From positions 49,104,001-49,168,000 of the forward strand of contig NC_043006.1 of assembly GCF_006345805.1 (NCBI RefSeq): a stretch of DNA of 64,000 bases, written 5' to 3'. The first letter of the stretch is position 1; each line of letters starts with the position of its first letter. This document shows, one piece after another, positions 63,283-64,000 of this stretch. The notes under the pieces are model-generated. The model did no database searches, was not told where the DNA came from, and worked only from the letters and a program-made list of their open reading frames with translations. This DNA is from Octopus sinensis (Eukaryota). Made by a program: the position numbers and the translations under genes.

Positions 63283-64000
63283 CTGTGGAAAGAGGAAAAA
63301 AAATATAAGTATTAAAATGCTCCACAACCACCTATCTAAACAAAGCCCATAACCCGCAGACCAAAAATAGTAACAGTCCTTAAAATACAATTTAATATAT
63401 TTAAGTACTGTCAATTCTTTTTAGAGGAGGCACATGGCTTAATGGTTACGGTGTTTGATTCACAACCATAAGATGGTGGTTTCGATTCCTAGTCTAGGTG
63501 ATGCATTGTGTTCTTGAGCAAAACACTTTATTTTACGTTGCTCCAGTCCACTCAGCTGGTAAAAATGAGCAATCTTGCAAGAGTTCAGCGTCCCATCCAG
63601 GGAGGAATATAAGCCAGAAAAAAATGGGAAACCAGCCCTATGCTCCTTACGGGGCAATGTGAACTGATCTAACCATCTCCTTTTAGCTGAGCATAATTAG
63701 AAAACAATATGCAAAGTTATATTATGGCAGTTAGTCTGAAGTGTTAAGATATAATGCTTGTTAGTCCTATAGTGTCAATAGTATCATTGTTTGTAGCAAG
63801 TTTCTAATGAGCCAATCATGGGTTTGCTGCATTTCAGAACAAATACCACAAGGCAATTTTTATTTGAAAGTACTGGTTTATCAGTTCACACCTTATGATA
63901 GATGTAAATCAGTGGAAAAGCCATACACATAAATTTGTTCATTCGTTTTGTCTGCTTTCCCATTCTAGAATGGATTAGGCATATTGTTGAAACACTGTTT

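Overview
AT-rich, repeat-dense eukaryotic DNA; the repeat families and gene structure suggest an octopus or related coleoid cephalopod (inference). The only host gene I can support is RANBP3 (Ran-binding protein 3) on the minus strand. I traced nine GT-AG exons by hand from 63282 to 40834, all phase-compatible, plus a probable 5-nt terminal coding exon at 39745-39749. They encode two FxFG repeats and the RanBD; the 5' end lies beyond 64000. Positions 1-39300 contain no coding gene I can support. They are a layered transposon landscape: tRNA-derived SINEs of several families, RTE and R4/Dong LINE remnants, a Helitron Rep remnant, an LTR-like insertion, Tc1/mariner-, hAT- and piggyBac-type MITEs, microsatellites and local duplications. 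Almost all entries in the supplied ORF track are spurious read-throughs of repeats. The best novelty candidate is a tRNA-headed SINE-like element carrying a Penelope-type minimal hammerhead ribozyme (6766-6998), with further hammerhead-like motifs elsewhere. There are also several long hairpins, two of them inside RANBP3 introns. Exon and TIR/TSD coordinates were counted by hand; SINE and LINE boundaries are approximate. No searches were run.
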